Source: an uncultured Bacteroidota bacterium
Lineage (GTDB): Bacteria; Bacteroidota; Bacteroidia; Bacteroidales; GWA2-32-17
Assembly (NCBI GenBank): GCA_903872185.1
Contig: CAIQJL010000264.1
Location: 64,038-128,037 of the forward strand
DNA length: 64,000 nt
Direction: 5' to 3'
Shown here: one piece after another, positions 10,701 to 19,960 of the stretch
Position numbering within the stretch: the stretch's first letter is position 1
Layout: every line of letters begins with the position of its first letter
Position numbers and translations under genes: made by a program
Notes under the pieces: generated by a model
Databases searched by the model: none
What the model saw: only the letters and a program-made list of their open reading frames with translations
Told to the model about the DNA's origin: nothing

Positions 10701-12504
10701 ATTAACTTATGACTGGCATCCTACAAATACTCCTGATTCAATTATAACATTTAACTTAAATACTCCTAACATTTCTTATTTTGATACTGTATATGTTGAA
10801 ACACCATTAGGATGTAGAGATACTGCTACATCTGTAATTGTTGTTTGGCCAATACCTACAGTAAATATAACTCCAAATGATACTGCAATTTGTTTTGGTC
10901 AACCTATTGATCTAAATATTACATCAAATATGCCAGCAAATTTATTCTGGACTATTCCTGATACAATAATGAATTCAAACACAACTTTATATCCAGACTC
11001 TGTTGGTTATACATATAGTTATATTGCTCATGCAATCGATAGTATTCATGGCTGTAAAAATCTTGATTCGGTTTTTGTATTTGTTAATGAAAAGCCTGTT
11101 TTAAGCTTAAATTCAATAAATTTAATTTGCCCATACGAAACTATAACTTTAGCAGCATCAAGTTCAATTCCTGTTTCATATTTATGGACACCAAGCAATG
11201 ATACTAATTCATTTATTATATTCCACCCAAATACTGCTGATACTACCTATTCCTATTCGCTTATAGGAAATACAGTTAATAATTGTAAAGATACTGCTAC
11301 AACCTTTATTGTTGTCTACCCCTCGATAAATGTATCAATAACACCTCTAGATTCTGCTCTTTGTTTATTAGACAGTATTACTTTATACGGTCATGGAGGA
11401 AACACTTATGAATGGTATAATAATACTAATTTGCTTGCTACTACACCAGAAATGATTATTTCTCCAACAAATAACACAACATACACACTTATTGGAACAT
11501 CTACAGAACTTTGTAAAGACACTACTACAACTTTTGTTACAATATACTCTCTTCCAAAATTTAATGTATTAGGAAATAATCATATTTGCAAAGGAAATAG
11601 CACCCTATTCCAAGTTGATAGCACTTTTGACAATACAATAACTTATTTGTGGCAACCGGGTAATCTTAATGGAGATTCTGTTATTTTATCTCCTCAAGAC
11701 ACAACAAACTATTCGGTTATTGGCACTGACACAAACACTTGTCACTTCACTGTAAATTTTCAAATTAATGTTGACACATTACCTATTGCTAAAATAACCG
11801 GAATCCATACAATATGTTATGGCGCAACTACTGAACTGCAAGCATCAGGAGGCACTAACTTTTTGTGGTTACCAAGTAATTCAACAACTCCTGTTATATC
11901 TGTTACTCCTGACTCTTCGTCAATATTCACTTATACATTGATTGCAAATTCTACAATATGTTATGACACAACAACCTTTTTGCTTACAGTAAATCCAAAA
12001 CCTGTATTAACATTAACTCATGACACAACCTTAATCATCGGACAATATGTTCAATTAAACACTACAGGCGCTCAATTCTACGATTGGAGCCCAATTAATG
12101 ACCTATCATGTATCGATTGCCCTAACCCTGTTGCAAAACCATACTCAACAATTGAATACTGCGTAATAGGTAAAAATGGTTACGACTGTAGCGACACAGC
12201 TTGTATTAACATAACAGTAGATACAGAATGTGGAGAAGTATTTGTTCCCTCAGGTTTTAGTCCAAATGGTGATGGCCAGAACGACATAATGTATGTATAT
12301 GGGAAATGTGTAAAATCTATGGAATTTAAAATATATAACAGGTGGGGCGAAAAAGTTTTTGAAACTTCCGATCCTGATATTGGTTGGGATGGGGTATATA
12401 AAGGAAAAGCAGCGGACACCGACGTTTTTGTTTACTTCCTTAAAGCAGAATACTTCATTGGCACTAAGGTAGAGACAAAAGGAAATATAACACTAATGCG
12501 ATAA
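7720..12504 (+). CDS. giant secreted adhesin-like protein: SBBP beta-propeller repeats, ~10 Ig-like Cys-containing modules, T9SS type B (gliding-motility CHU_C-type) C-terminal sorting domain
   Basis: The track ORF begins at TTG 7669. ATG at 7720 gives MRINIKLQ... with a signal peptide (SSIITAKA). Repeated WSTYFGG..D.G..I.SDG..V.VTG.T.S.NFP units match SBBP repeats. C-terminus: FVPSGFSPNGDGQNDIMYV...IYNRWGEKVFET...GWDGVYKGK. Confidence 0.85.
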   Translation: MRINIKLQLRYIKILFLILISSIITAKASNETINPDFTSSKKGYFIENKGQIISMEDKKQIPSILYYSNSDNLNLYIKNNSISYLFINSISDEPSNDPHVISQLNANYFWSRIDMVLEGANSNAKAFADDEQSYYMNFYLPQCPNGLTNLKTFKKITIKDVYPKIDWIIYFKDDGVFKYDFIVNPGGNPKDIKINYKWSDKPEINSDNEILINGPMGSLSEKGLYISQDNKTVNGSWVKDEKGMLSFNISAYNKNSILVIDPIIFWSTYFGGTANDDGLSIKSDGSSVFVTGRILSVNFPAMAPSGAYNQGNSAGNDDAFIAKFDSLGTLLWSTHYGGSGYEVQENISFNTNSVFLTFQTISMDEPTMDLGGGAFYQAANPNILTSDAFIIQFNKSGVREWATYLGGFLYDLPFATWADNNNLFLLMGSESSGLPLTNPGSSYQQNQNAGPNDFYIVKFNAQRNIVWSTYFGGTGDEKGNADIKSDGTNVFVTGSTMSTNFPLAYPGAPAYMDSTANGNEDLIFAKFDFNGGLLWSTYYGGSNRENTRTIALANNKVLFGGNTYSSDIPTFKLNNSVFCQTAIGSNIISDGFIAGFNSNTCEREWATYLGGALNDNIKTIQSDGKSLWVVGQTSSTNFPTRNPLMGNYFKGNISGSSDGFIAKFKIANDSLQWSTYWGGLGAEDAVGVYSDGAYVWATGYTTSTDMPLVNAGGLSYNQPSLSGGKDVFVLKFDVCIKPNVTISNITPSICYGDTMMLVAGGAQSYIWAPIGYANDTLSFTPPITFNYVVTGTDDMNCSNIANSIVVVNPKPILQISAPDSTCFGTPYTLNIISNLPSTYLWNPGNGIDSSFIVNPDTASHTFYYSVIVTDTVNGCKDTATTSIFVNALPQLLITSPDSTCYGTPYTIHVTSNLPSTYQWSPGIGIDSIYTVNPDTVGNTFSYSVIVTDTINGCRDTATTTIFVNGKPDVYITGAGSFCPDTTINIQVHDIYNLPLTYDWHPTNTPDSIITFNLNTPNISYFDTVYVETPLGCRDTATSVIVVWPIPTVNITPNDTAICFGQPIDLNITSNMPANLFWTIPDTIMNSNTTLYPDSVGYTYSYIAHAIDSIHGCKNLDSVFVFVNEKPVLSLNSINLICPYETITLAASSSIPVSYLWTPSNDTNSFIIFHPNTADTTYSYSLIGNTVNNCKDTATTFIVVYPSINVSITPLDSALCLLDSITLYGHGGNTYEWYNNTNLLATTPEMIISPTNNTTYTLIGTSTELCKDTTTTFVTIYSLPKFNVLGNNHICKGNSTLFQVDSTFDNTITYLWQPGNLNGDSVILSPQDTTNYSVIGTDTNTCHFTVNFQINVDTLPIAKITGIHTICYGATTELQASGGTNFLWLPSNSTTPVISVTPDSSSIFTYTLIANSTICYDTTTFLLTVNPKPVLTLTHDTTLIIGQYVQLNTTGAQFYDWSPINDLSCIDCPNPVAKPYSTIEYCVIGKNGYDCSDTACINITVDTECGEVFVPSGFSPNGDGQNDIMYVYGKCVKSMEFKIYNRWGEKVFETSDPDIGWDGVYKGKAADTDVFVYFLKAEYFIGTKVETKGNITLMR
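10162..10635 (+). repeat. two adjacent ~237-nt (79-aa) Ig-like modules that are much more alike than the other modules of the same gene
   Basis: Module 2 (...SAPDSTCFGTPYTLNIISNLPSTYLWNPGNGIDS...VIVTDTVNGCKDTATTSIFVNA) versus module 3 (...TSPDSTCYGTPYTIHVTSNLPSTYQWSPGIGIDS...VIVTDTINGCRDTATTTIFVNG). About 54 of 78 residues are identical by hand alignment. Confidence 0.7.
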
Positions 12505-12515
12505 GAGATAACAAT

Positions 12516-13541
12516 ATGAAAAACTTAATAATTATCGCAATATTAGCACTGCTAATTCCAACTTCAATATTTGGACAAGATATTCTATTCTCTCAACCAA
12601 ATGAAGCACCTTTATTGTTAAATCCAGCTAATGCTGGCGCACAATATAATATAAGAGCTACAGCAAATTATCGATTACAATGGAGAAGCGTTACAGATCC
12701 GTTCAGAACAATTGCAGCAGGTGTAGATGGAAGAATTTTTTCAAAAGGTAAAACAGGTTCATCTATTGGTGTCGGATTAAGCCTTTTTAATGATATAGCA
12801 GGAGCTGGCCACTTAAACACAAACCAAGTTGTTGCTGCTGTTGCAGGAAAAGTTACTCTTGCCAGAAATCAGACACTTTCAGCTGGAATATCTGGTGGTA
12901 TTATTCAAAGAAAAATTGGTGTTAGTAATTTAACCTGGGGAAACCAATATAACGGTTTAGTTTACGATGCAAATCTACCTTCTAACGAAACTTTTTCTGG
13001 TGAAAGTTTTTTAAATGGCGATTTTAGTACTGGAATTCAATGGAGCTACGGAAAAGGTCAACGAACTCTTTCTTCTAACGATATGTTTGGTGCTCAAGCA
13101 GGAATTTCAGTTTTTCATGTTAATAGTCCAAGATCTGGTTTTTATCAGGCAATTGATAAAAGAGCATTAAGATACATGTTCCATTTTACTGGATCTTATG
13201 GCTTTAAAAACACAAACATGCAAATTTCACCTTTATTTATTTATGAAATGCAAGGGCCAGCAAGAATGATTTACATTGGATCATTTTTAAAATATAAATT
13301 ACAAGAATCCTCAAAATATACTGATTATGTTTTATCTAGAACTGTTAGTATTGGTGGATTCTTTAGAGGTAAAGATGCCGTTGTTATTGCCGCTCAATGT
13401 GAACTTGGACAAATTGCCTTTGGATTAAGTTATGATATTAACATTTCATCTTTATCTAAAGTAAGCTCGGGTAAAGGCGGTTTCGAAATATCATTAAAAT
13501 ATATCCCAATAAAAACTGGAACTTCAAGCAGACTTTTATAA
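12516..13541 (+). CDS. PorP/SprF-family T9SS outer-membrane protein (cognate partner of the upstream type B cargo)
   Basis: 341 aa. Signal peptide, then QDILFSQPNEAPLLLNPANAG (PorP/SprF N-terminal signature) and beta-strand-rich sequence. It starts 11 nt after the adhesin stop. Confidence 0.85.
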   Translation: MKNLIIIAILALLIPTSIFGQDILFSQPNEAPLLLNPANAGAQYNIRATANYRLQWRSVTDPFRTIAAGVDGRIFSKGKTGSSIGVGLSLFNDIAGAGHLNTNQVVAAVAGKVTLARNQTLSAGISGGIIQRKIGVSNLTWGNQYNGLVYDANLPSNETFSGESFLNGDFSTGIQWSYGKGQRTLSSNDMFGAQAGISVFHVNSPRSGFYQAIDKRALRYMFHFTGSYGFKNTNMQISPLFIYEMQGPARMIYIGSFLKYKLQESSKYTDYVLSRTVSIGGFFRGKDAVVIAAQCELGQIAFGLSYDINISSLSKVSSGKGGFEISLKYIPIKTGTSSRLL

Positions 13542-13635
13542 TTTTTTATTTATCAACATTGCTAATGTGAATAATTCGATTATTTATTTAGCAAATAGAT
13601 AACTATTTTTGTATTCTCCTTTCCATTAAAATAAA

Positions 13636-15954
13636 GTGAAAAATTTTTTAAAAGAGCTTAATCCATCTCAACACGCAGCTGTTGTAAATTATCAAGGACC
13701 AAACCTTATAATTGCAGGAGCAGGTTCGGGCAAAACCCGAGTGTTAACTTATCGTATTGCATATTTACTCAACCAAGGTGTATTTGCCGGTAACATAATG
13801 TCATTAACTTTTACCAATAAAGCGGCAAAAGAAATGAGAGAAAGAATTACTTCTTTGGTTGGGTTTGAAACTGCACGTTACTTATGGATGGGAACTTTTC
13901 ATAGTCTGTTTAATAGAATTTTAAGAATTGAATGCAGTAAATTAGGATTTACTTCCAAATTTACAATTTATGATTCCGACGATTCAAAAAGCCTTATCAA
14001 ATCTATTATTAAAGATCTTCATCTAGACGACAAACAATATAAAGCATCTGATATTTTAAGTCGAATTAGCATGGCTAAAAACAACTTAATAACAGTTTCT
14101 TCTTATGTTAATAGTCCTGTAATTCAAGAGCAAGATAAAAATTCTAGAAAACCCGAAATTGGAAAAATTTTCACTATTTATCAAAATAGACTGAAAACTT
14201 CTGACTCAATGGATTTCGACGATTTATTAATGAATACAAATATCTTATTCAGAGATAACCCGGATGTTACTGAAAAATATCAAAAACATTTTAAATATAT
14301 TCTTGTTGACGAGTATCAAGACACAAATTATGCTCAATATCTAATCATTAAAAGATTATGCACAACAAGCCAAAACATAACTGTTGTTGGAGATGATTCA
14401 CAAAGTATTTATTCTTTCAGAGGAGCAAAAATTGAAAATATTTTAAATTTTAAAAAAGATTATCCTGGTTATCAACTTTTCAAACTCGAGCAAAATTACA
14501 GATCTACTAAAACAATTGTTGAAGCTGCAAATAGCTTAATAAGCAAAAACCGCGACAGAATTCCAAAAACTATTTGGAGTGATAACGAAGAAGGCGAAAA
14601 AATAAAAGTGCAAAAAGCATTAACTGATGCAGAAGAAGGATATCTGGTTGCCAGTATATTAAAAGATTATAAGCTTCAGTATAATTTTAACTATAGCGAC
14701 TTTGTAATTCTTTACAGAATAAATTCCCAATCTCGTATCTTTGAAGAAGCTTTTCGCAGAAGCGGAATCCCATACAAAGTATATGGAGGACTATCCTTTT
14801 ATCAACGTAAAGAAATTAAAGATGTAATAGCATATTTCCGACTTATCATTAACCACAATGACGACGAAGCTTTAAAAAGAATAATAAATTTTCCTGCACG
14901 AGGTATTGGTAAAACTACTTTTGAAAAAATTGAAGTCATAGCAATGACTAGTGAAATTAGTTTATGGAAAACAATCTCAAATAAAGAAACACTTTCACAA
15001 GTTCTTAATCAAAGTACTGTTTCAAAGCTTTTAAATTTTAAAAGTATAATTGAACATTTTACTGAAAAATCACTCGACATTGATGCTTTTGAACTTGCAA
15101 ATTACATCGTTAGTAACACTGGTATTTTAAGGGAACTGGAAGCAGAAAAATCTCAGGAAGGCCTAACTCGCAAACAAAATGTAGAAGAACTTTTAAATGG
15201 AATTAAAGATTTTTGCGATTCTACATTAGCGGAAAATCCCGACACTCCAGTATTTTTAGAAAATTTTATTGAGAATGTCTCATTACTAACCGACCTAGAA
15301 ACAGAAGACGAAAAAGAAAATAAAGACCGGGTTGCATTAATGACTGTGCACTCTGCAAAAGGATTAGAATTTAATTGTGTATTTATTGTTGGAGCAGAAC
15401 ATGAACTTTTTCCACTTCATTTTAATGGAGTATCGCCAGAAAATATAGAAGAAGAACGACGACTTTTTTATGTCGCATTAACTAGAGCAAAAAAAATTGC
15501 AAACATTTCATTTGCAGAACATCGTTATAAATGGGGAAATCTGGTTTCTTGTCAACCAAGTCGTTTTTTAGATGAAATTGATAGCAATTACCTTGACCTT
15601 CCTTTAGAATCTCAAAAACAATTAGAACCTGCAACTTATCAGAATAAATTTAACCCTAAAGCTAAACCTCTGAAAAGTGAAATGTTTAAGCCTGCTATTA
15701 ATTTAAATTTAAAAGAAAAAAAATTAGTACATTTGAACGTTGCCGAAAGAAACATCAACCAATCCGCTAACGACATTGATTTAATGAATGTTGAAGAAGG
15801 GATGACTGTAATTCATGATAGGTTTGGCAAAGGAATAGTTATCAAAATTGAAGGTGATAAACCTAATACAAAAGCACTTATTCATTTTGATATTAATGGC
15901 GATAAACAATTATTGTTAAAATTTGCCAAATTAAAAGTTATACAATCAAATTAA
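13636..15954 (+). CDS. UvrD/PcrA/Rep-family ATP-dependent DNA helicase
   Basis: 772 aa with a GTG start. Walker A AGAGSGKT, motif II VDEYQDTN, QNYRST, VHSAKGLEF, LFYVALTRAK. Confidence 0.9.
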   Translation: MKNFLKELNPSQHAAVVNYQGPNLIIAGAGSGKTRVLTYRIAYLLNQGVFAGNIMSLTFTNKAAKEMRERITSLVGFETARYLWMGTFHSLFNRILRIECSKLGFTSKFTIYDSDDSKSLIKSIIKDLHLDDKQYKASDILSRISMAKNNLITVSSYVNSPVIQEQDKNSRKPEIGKIFTIYQNRLKTSDSMDFDDLLMNTNILFRDNPDVTEKYQKHFKYILVDEYQDTNYAQYLIIKRLCTTSQNITVVGDDSQSIYSFRGAKIENILNFKKDYPGYQLFKLEQNYRSTKTIVEAANSLISKNRDRIPKTIWSDNEEGEKIKVQKALTDAEEGYLVASILKDYKLQYNFNYSDFVILYRINSQSRIFEEAFRRSGIPYKVYGGLSFYQRKEIKDVIAYFRLIINHNDDEALKRIINFPARGIGKTTFEKIEVIAMTSEISLWKTISNKETLSQVLNQSTVSKLLNFKSIIEHFTEKSLDIDAFELANYIVSNTGILRELEAEKSQEGLTRKQNVEELLNGIKDFCDSTLAENPDTPVFLENFIENVSLLTDLETEDEKENKDRVALMTVHSAKGLEFNCVFIVGAEHELFPLHFNGVSPENIEEERRLFYVALTRAKKIANISFAEHRYKWGNLVSCQPSRFLDEIDSNYLDLPLESQKQLEPATYQNKFNPKAKPLKSEMFKPAINLNLKEKKLVHLNVAERNINQSANDIDLMNVEEGMTVIHDRFGKGIVIKIEGDKPNTKALIHFDINGDKQLLLKFAKLKVIQSN

Positions 15955-15970
15955 TTAAATAATTGTATTA

Positions 15971-16594
15971 ATGGATATTAACGAATATTACAACTCTCAA
16001 AGGAAGAAATTGATTTTACCTGAATACGGAAGACATATTCAGGAAATGGTTGACCATATTTTAACTGTAGAATCGCGTGATGAGAGAAACAGAATGGCAA
16101 AAGGATTAATAAATATTATGTCGAATATGACACCCGGAATGCGAGAAAATGCAGAATTCAAAATTAAACTATGGAATCACTTGGCTCAAATGGGAAATTA
16201 TAAACTTGATATTGAATACCCTGTAGAGATAACAAAAGAAGAAGAATTATTAAAAAGACCTAATCGCCTTCCATATCCCACAAATAGCATTAGACATAAA
16301 CATTACGGTGGCATTGCAAAAGCATTTGTTAAGAAATTTATAGAAATGCCAGACTCTGAATCGAAAACAGTTTTAATTGAAATGCTTGCAAACCATATGA
16401 AAAAACTTTATTTGGTTTGGAATAAAGAAGCAGTAAGTGACGACCAAATATTTGCAGATATAAACGAGATGGCTGGTGCTACACCATTAATAAACGGACA
16501 CATTAGACTAAACGAAACCCGCGATATTTTATACAGAAACCAAAAGCCAAAGCCAATAAAACCTTTTAAAAGAACAAATCGCAAACAAAGATAA
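15971..16594 (+). CDS. DUF4290-family protein
   Basis: 207 aa. N-terminus YNSQRKKLILPEYGRHIQEMVDH is typical of DUF4290. It sits upstream of murA, the conserved position in Bacteroidota. Confidence 0.75.
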   Translation: MDINEYYNSQRKKLILPEYGRHIQEMVDHILTVESRDERNRMAKGLINIMSNMTPGMRENAEFKIKLWNHLAQMGNYKLDIEYPVEITKEEELLKRPNRLPYPTNSIRHKHYGGIAKAFVKKFIEMPDSESKTVLIEMLANHMKKLYLVWNKEAVSDDQIFADINEMAGATPLINGHIRLNETRDILYRNQKPKPIKPFKRTNRKQR

Positions 16595-16603
16595 ATTTAT
16601 TCT

Positions 16604-17911
16604 ATGGCAACTTTTGAAGTTACCGGCGGCTATCGCCTTTCAGGAGAAATTCATCCACAAGGTGCAAAAAATGAAGCACTGCAGGTTCTTTGCGCAGTTC
16701 TTTTAACTTCTGACGAAATTTTAATTGAAAATATTCCAGAAATAAGAGACGTTACTAAACTTATTGAACTTCTTTCTGATTTAGGTGTTGAAGTAAAAAG
16801 ATTGGAGATAGGAAAATATACATTCTGTGCAAAAAATGTAGATATTGAATATTTAAAAACAGAAAAATTTGCACAACAAGCAACAACTCTTCGTGGTTCT
16901 ATTATGATAGTTGGACCTTTATTAGGCAGATTTGGAAAAGGTTATATTCCAAAACCTGGTGGAGATAAAATTGGTCGCCGTAAACTTGACACACACTTTA
17001 TTGGTTTTGAAAAATTAGGTGCAAAATTTAATTACGATTCATCAACCAATTTTTTCACAGTTGAAGGAAAAAACCTAAAAGGAAGCTATATGCTTCTTGA
17101 CGAAGCTTCTGTAACTGGAACAGCAAATATTATTATGGCTGCAGTATTAGCAAAAGGAACAACTACAATTTTTAATGCAGCATGCGAACCATATTTGCAA
17201 CAACTTTGTATTATGCTTAATAATATGGGAGCAAAAATATCTGGTGTTGGATCAAATCTGCTTAATATAGAAGGTGTAACTTCATTAAAAGGAACAAAGC
17301 ACAAAGTTCTTCCGGATATGATTGAGATTGGGAGCTTTATTGGAATGGCTGCAATGACTAAAAGCGAAATTACAATTAAAAATGTTTCCTATAATAATCT
17401 TGGGTTAATTCCCGACGCTTTTAAAAGACTTGGCATAAAACTTGAAAAGCGCAACGACGATATTTTTATTCCAGCTCAAGAACATTATGAGATTGACACA
17501 TTTATTGATGGATCTATTTTGACAATTGCTGATGCTATATGGCCAGGACTTACACCCGATTTACTATCGGTTTTTTTGGTTGTGGCAACACAAGCAAAGG
17601 GAAGTGTGTTAATTCATCAAAAAATGTTCGAAAGTCGTTTGTTCTTTGTAGATAAACTTATTGAAATGGGTGCACAAATTATTCTTTGCGACCCACATCG
17701 TGCAACTGTTATAGGCATGGACAGACGATTTCCTTTACACGGAACAACAATGTCGTCACCAGATATTCGCGCAGGAGTTGCACTTCTTATAGCTGCTATG
17801 TCTGCAAAAGGAAAAAGTATAATTCATAACATTGAACAAATCGACAGAGGATATCAAAATATAGATGAACGTCTTAATATGATGGGAGCTCAGATTAAAA
17901 GATTAAATTAA
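16604..17911 (+). CDS. murA: UDP-N-acetylglucosamine 1-carboxyvinyltransferase
   Basis: 435 aa. GAKNEALQ, PGGDKIGRRKLD and the overall EPSP-synthase fold pattern. Confidence 0.95.
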   Translation: MATFEVTGGYRLSGEIHPQGAKNEALQVLCAVLLTSDEILIENIPEIRDVTKLIELLSDLGVEVKRLEIGKYTFCAKNVDIEYLKTEKFAQQATTLRGSIMIVGPLLGRFGKGYIPKPGGDKIGRRKLDTHFIGFEKLGAKFNYDSSTNFFTVEGKNLKGSYMLLDEASVTGTANIIMAAVLAKGTTTIFNAACEPYLQQLCIMLNNMGAKISGVGSNLLNIEGVTSLKGTKHKVLPDMIEIGSFIGMAAMTKSEITIKNVSYNNLGLIPDAFKRLGIKLEKRNDDIFIPAQEHYEIDTFIDGSILTIADAIWPGLTPDLLSVFLVVATQAKGSVLIHQKMFESRLFFVDKLIEMGAQIILCDPHRATVIGMDRRFPLHGTTMSSPDIRAGVALLIAAMSAKGKSIIHNIEQIDRGYQNIDERLNMMGAQIKRLN

Positions 17912-17939
17912 AATTGTAATTTTACCAAAAATAAATAAA

Positions 17940-18515
17940 ATGAAAACAAAAAAAGTAATTGCTTTAATAGCTTTAGTAGGCTTTTTTACTTATGGATTTA
18001 TTACACATAATGATAACAAAGCAGTGAAATACGGCTATGAAAAAATTGGAAACCTAACAGTACAAATAGGTACTGCTATAGGAAATAAAGCACCAGAACT
18101 AAAATTTAAAAACCCTGAGGGAAAAGAAATTGCATTAAGTTCATTAAAAGGACAAATGGTATTAATTGATTTTTGGGCTTCATGGTGCGGTCCTTGTCGT
18201 CGCGAAAACCCTAGTGTTGTTGATGCTTACAACAAATATAAAGACAAAAAATACAAAAATGGAAAAGGCTTTACAATTTACAGTGTTTCTCTTGACAAAA
18301 GTGCAGAAAGTTGGAAAGCAGCTATTTTACAAGATGGTTTAGTTTGGACAACACATGTAAGCGACCTTTTATATTGGAGTTCTGAAGCCGCTAGGATATA
18401 CGGCGTTCAAGGCATTCCAACAAATTGGTTAATTGATGGCGACGGAATTATTGTTGCCTCAAACTTACGCGGAAACGCATTAGAACAAGCTTTAGAATCA
18501 CAGCTTAAAGAATAA
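17940..18515 (+). CDS. TlpA/ResA-like exported thiol:disulfide oxidoreductase
   Basis: 191 aa. N-terminal membrane anchor and FWASWCGPCRRENP thioredoxin-fold active site. Confidence 0.85.
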   Translation: MKTKKVIALIALVGFFTYGFITHNDNKAVKYGYEKIGNLTVQIGTAIGNKAPELKFKNPEGKEIALSSLKGQMVLIDFWASWCGPCRRENPSVVDAYNKYKDKKYKNGKGFTIYSVSLDKSAESWKAAILQDGLVWTTHVSDLLYWSSEAARIYGVQGIPTNWLIDGDGIIVASNLRGNALEQALESQLKE

Positions 18516-18519
18516 CAAC

Positions 18520-18945
18520 ATGTCTTACAAATACGAATATCCACGTGCATCTGTGTGCGTGGATATTATTGTTTTATACAAAAACGAAGATCAAACATTA
18601 ATCTTACTAATTGAAAGAAAACATCCTCCGTATAAAAATTGTTGGGCTCTACCTGGAGGATTTATTGAAATGGAAGAAACTCTTGAGAAATCCGCTATTA
18701 GGGAATTACAAGAGGAAACTGGCATATTATTAACCCATTTACAACAATTTTCAGCTTATGGTAATCCAGGTAGAGATCCAAGGGGAAGAACTATTTCTAT
18801 TGTTTTTTATACTACTATTGACAAACAAATTGCACTTACACCAAGTGATGATGCTTCAAATGCAAAATGGATTAACATTAAAGAATTACCCTCTCTGGCT
18901 TTTGATCATAAAATAATAATAGAAGATTTTATGACCAGACCATAA
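18520..18945 (+). CDS. NUDIX hydrolase
   Basis: 141 aa. Nudix box GGFIEMEETLEKSAIRELQEETG. Confidence 0.88.
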   Translation: MSYKYEYPRASVCVDIIVLYKNEDQTLILLIERKHPPYKNCWALPGGFIEMEETLEKSAIRELQEETGILLTHLQQFSAYGNPGRDPRGRTISIVFYTTIDKQIALTPSDDASNAKWINIKELPSLAFDHKIIIEDFMTRP

Positions 18946-19265
18946 AGATTTGCACAAATTAAAACACCTAATACGATAAAATTTTGTAGCTTGTTTTATT
19001 ATATAAAATTGATTTTTAATAAATTTCAAATCAATTTACAAATTCAAAAATTAACTTTTCTTGAAAATTTAAAAAGAAATAGTCATTAGCCAATATTGCT
19101 AATAATTAATATGATTGAAAAATATTTTAACAAAAACATGTTCTTTAATATTGATAAGAATCATAATTTTGTGTGTTTTACCTAGTTAGTTATATAGTAA
19201 TTTTGTAATAGACTATTTTCAATTGTCAAACAAGCTTTTTTTAATAACTAATTATACAAAATATT

Positions 19266-19808
19266 ATGAATATTAAAGTTTTAGGAGCTGGCTGCCATAA
19301 TTGCAGAGTATTTGAAACTGCAGTTCAAGAAACATTAACAGAAATGAAAATTGATGCAAAAGTAGAAGAAGTTGATAACATTACAGAAATAATGTCATAT
19401 GGAATTCTACGCACACCAGGTTTAGTTATTGATGGAAAAGTTGTTTTAAGTGGCAAAATTCCAACTAATAAAGAAATTAAAGACATTATTAAAAATTCTA
19501 TTAAAAACGAAGAACAAAAAGTAAAGTTCACAAGTAATCAAGAACAAATTGCAAGAATTGGGCTAGCTTTTTCACACCCTGCAAGAATTTTTATTTTAGA
19601 AACTTTAAATACTATGCATACCTGCTGTACAGATTGCCATAGTATTGGAGAAACACTTATAGATCCTGATACATTAGCAGAACATTTAAAGATTTTAAAA
19701 AGTGCAGGATTAATTCAAGGAGAAATTGTACCTCCAAAAATTAATTTCTGTATTAACAGAATAAATTTAGAAATCGCTAAAATTCTAATCACAAACTTTC
19801 TAAAATAG
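19266..19808 (+). CDS. fusion protein: thioredoxin-like 'redox-active disulfide protein 2' module (CHNC) plus ArsR/SmtB-type winged HTH module (CCTDC)
   Basis: 180 aa. Residues 1-77 align with ORF 21485..21724 (MNIKVLGAGCHNC / MEIKVLGTGCANC). Residues ~88-180 align with ORF 21728..22027 (FTSNQEQIARIGLAFSHPARIFI / FTAQQEQIARIAKALGHPARVYI; AGLIQGEIVPPKINFC / AGLIQGNIEPPQIKYC). Confidence 0.75.
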   Translation: MNIKVLGAGCHNCRVFETAVQETLTEMKIDAKVEEVDNITEIMSYGILRTPGLVIDGKVVLSGKIPTNKEIKDIIKNSIKNEEQKVKFTSNQEQIARIGLAFSHPARIFILETLNTMHTCCTDCHSIGETLIDPDTLAEHLKILKSAGLIQGEIVPPKINFCINRINLEIAKILITNFLK

Positions 19809-19830
19809 ATTTAATTAATATTATAAAAGT

Positions 19831-19867
19831 AAGTCTGGTTCCATTAAATTGGGGCCAGACTTTTTTT
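19831..19867 (+). terminator. rho-independent terminator after the Trx-ArsR fusion gene
   Basis: AAGTCTGGTTCC-ATTAAATT-GGGGCCAGACTT hairpin followed by TTTTTTT, 23 nt after the stop. Confidence 0.6.
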
Positions 19868-19960
19868 ATATTAAAAATATTTCGATTAAGTATAAACTAA
19901 TTAGATAAAGTATTGTATTTTTGGTATAAATAAATCTGCACACAACAAAGATAACTCAAT

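Noticed and set aside
13636-15954. UvrD-family helicase (and RecQ at 48641..50581) considered as parts of a helicase-based defence system.
   Set aside because: Both have complete housekeeping-type motif sets. They have no adjacent nuclease, methylase or other defence-type partner, and they sit among conserved cell-wall and nucleotide-metabolism genes.
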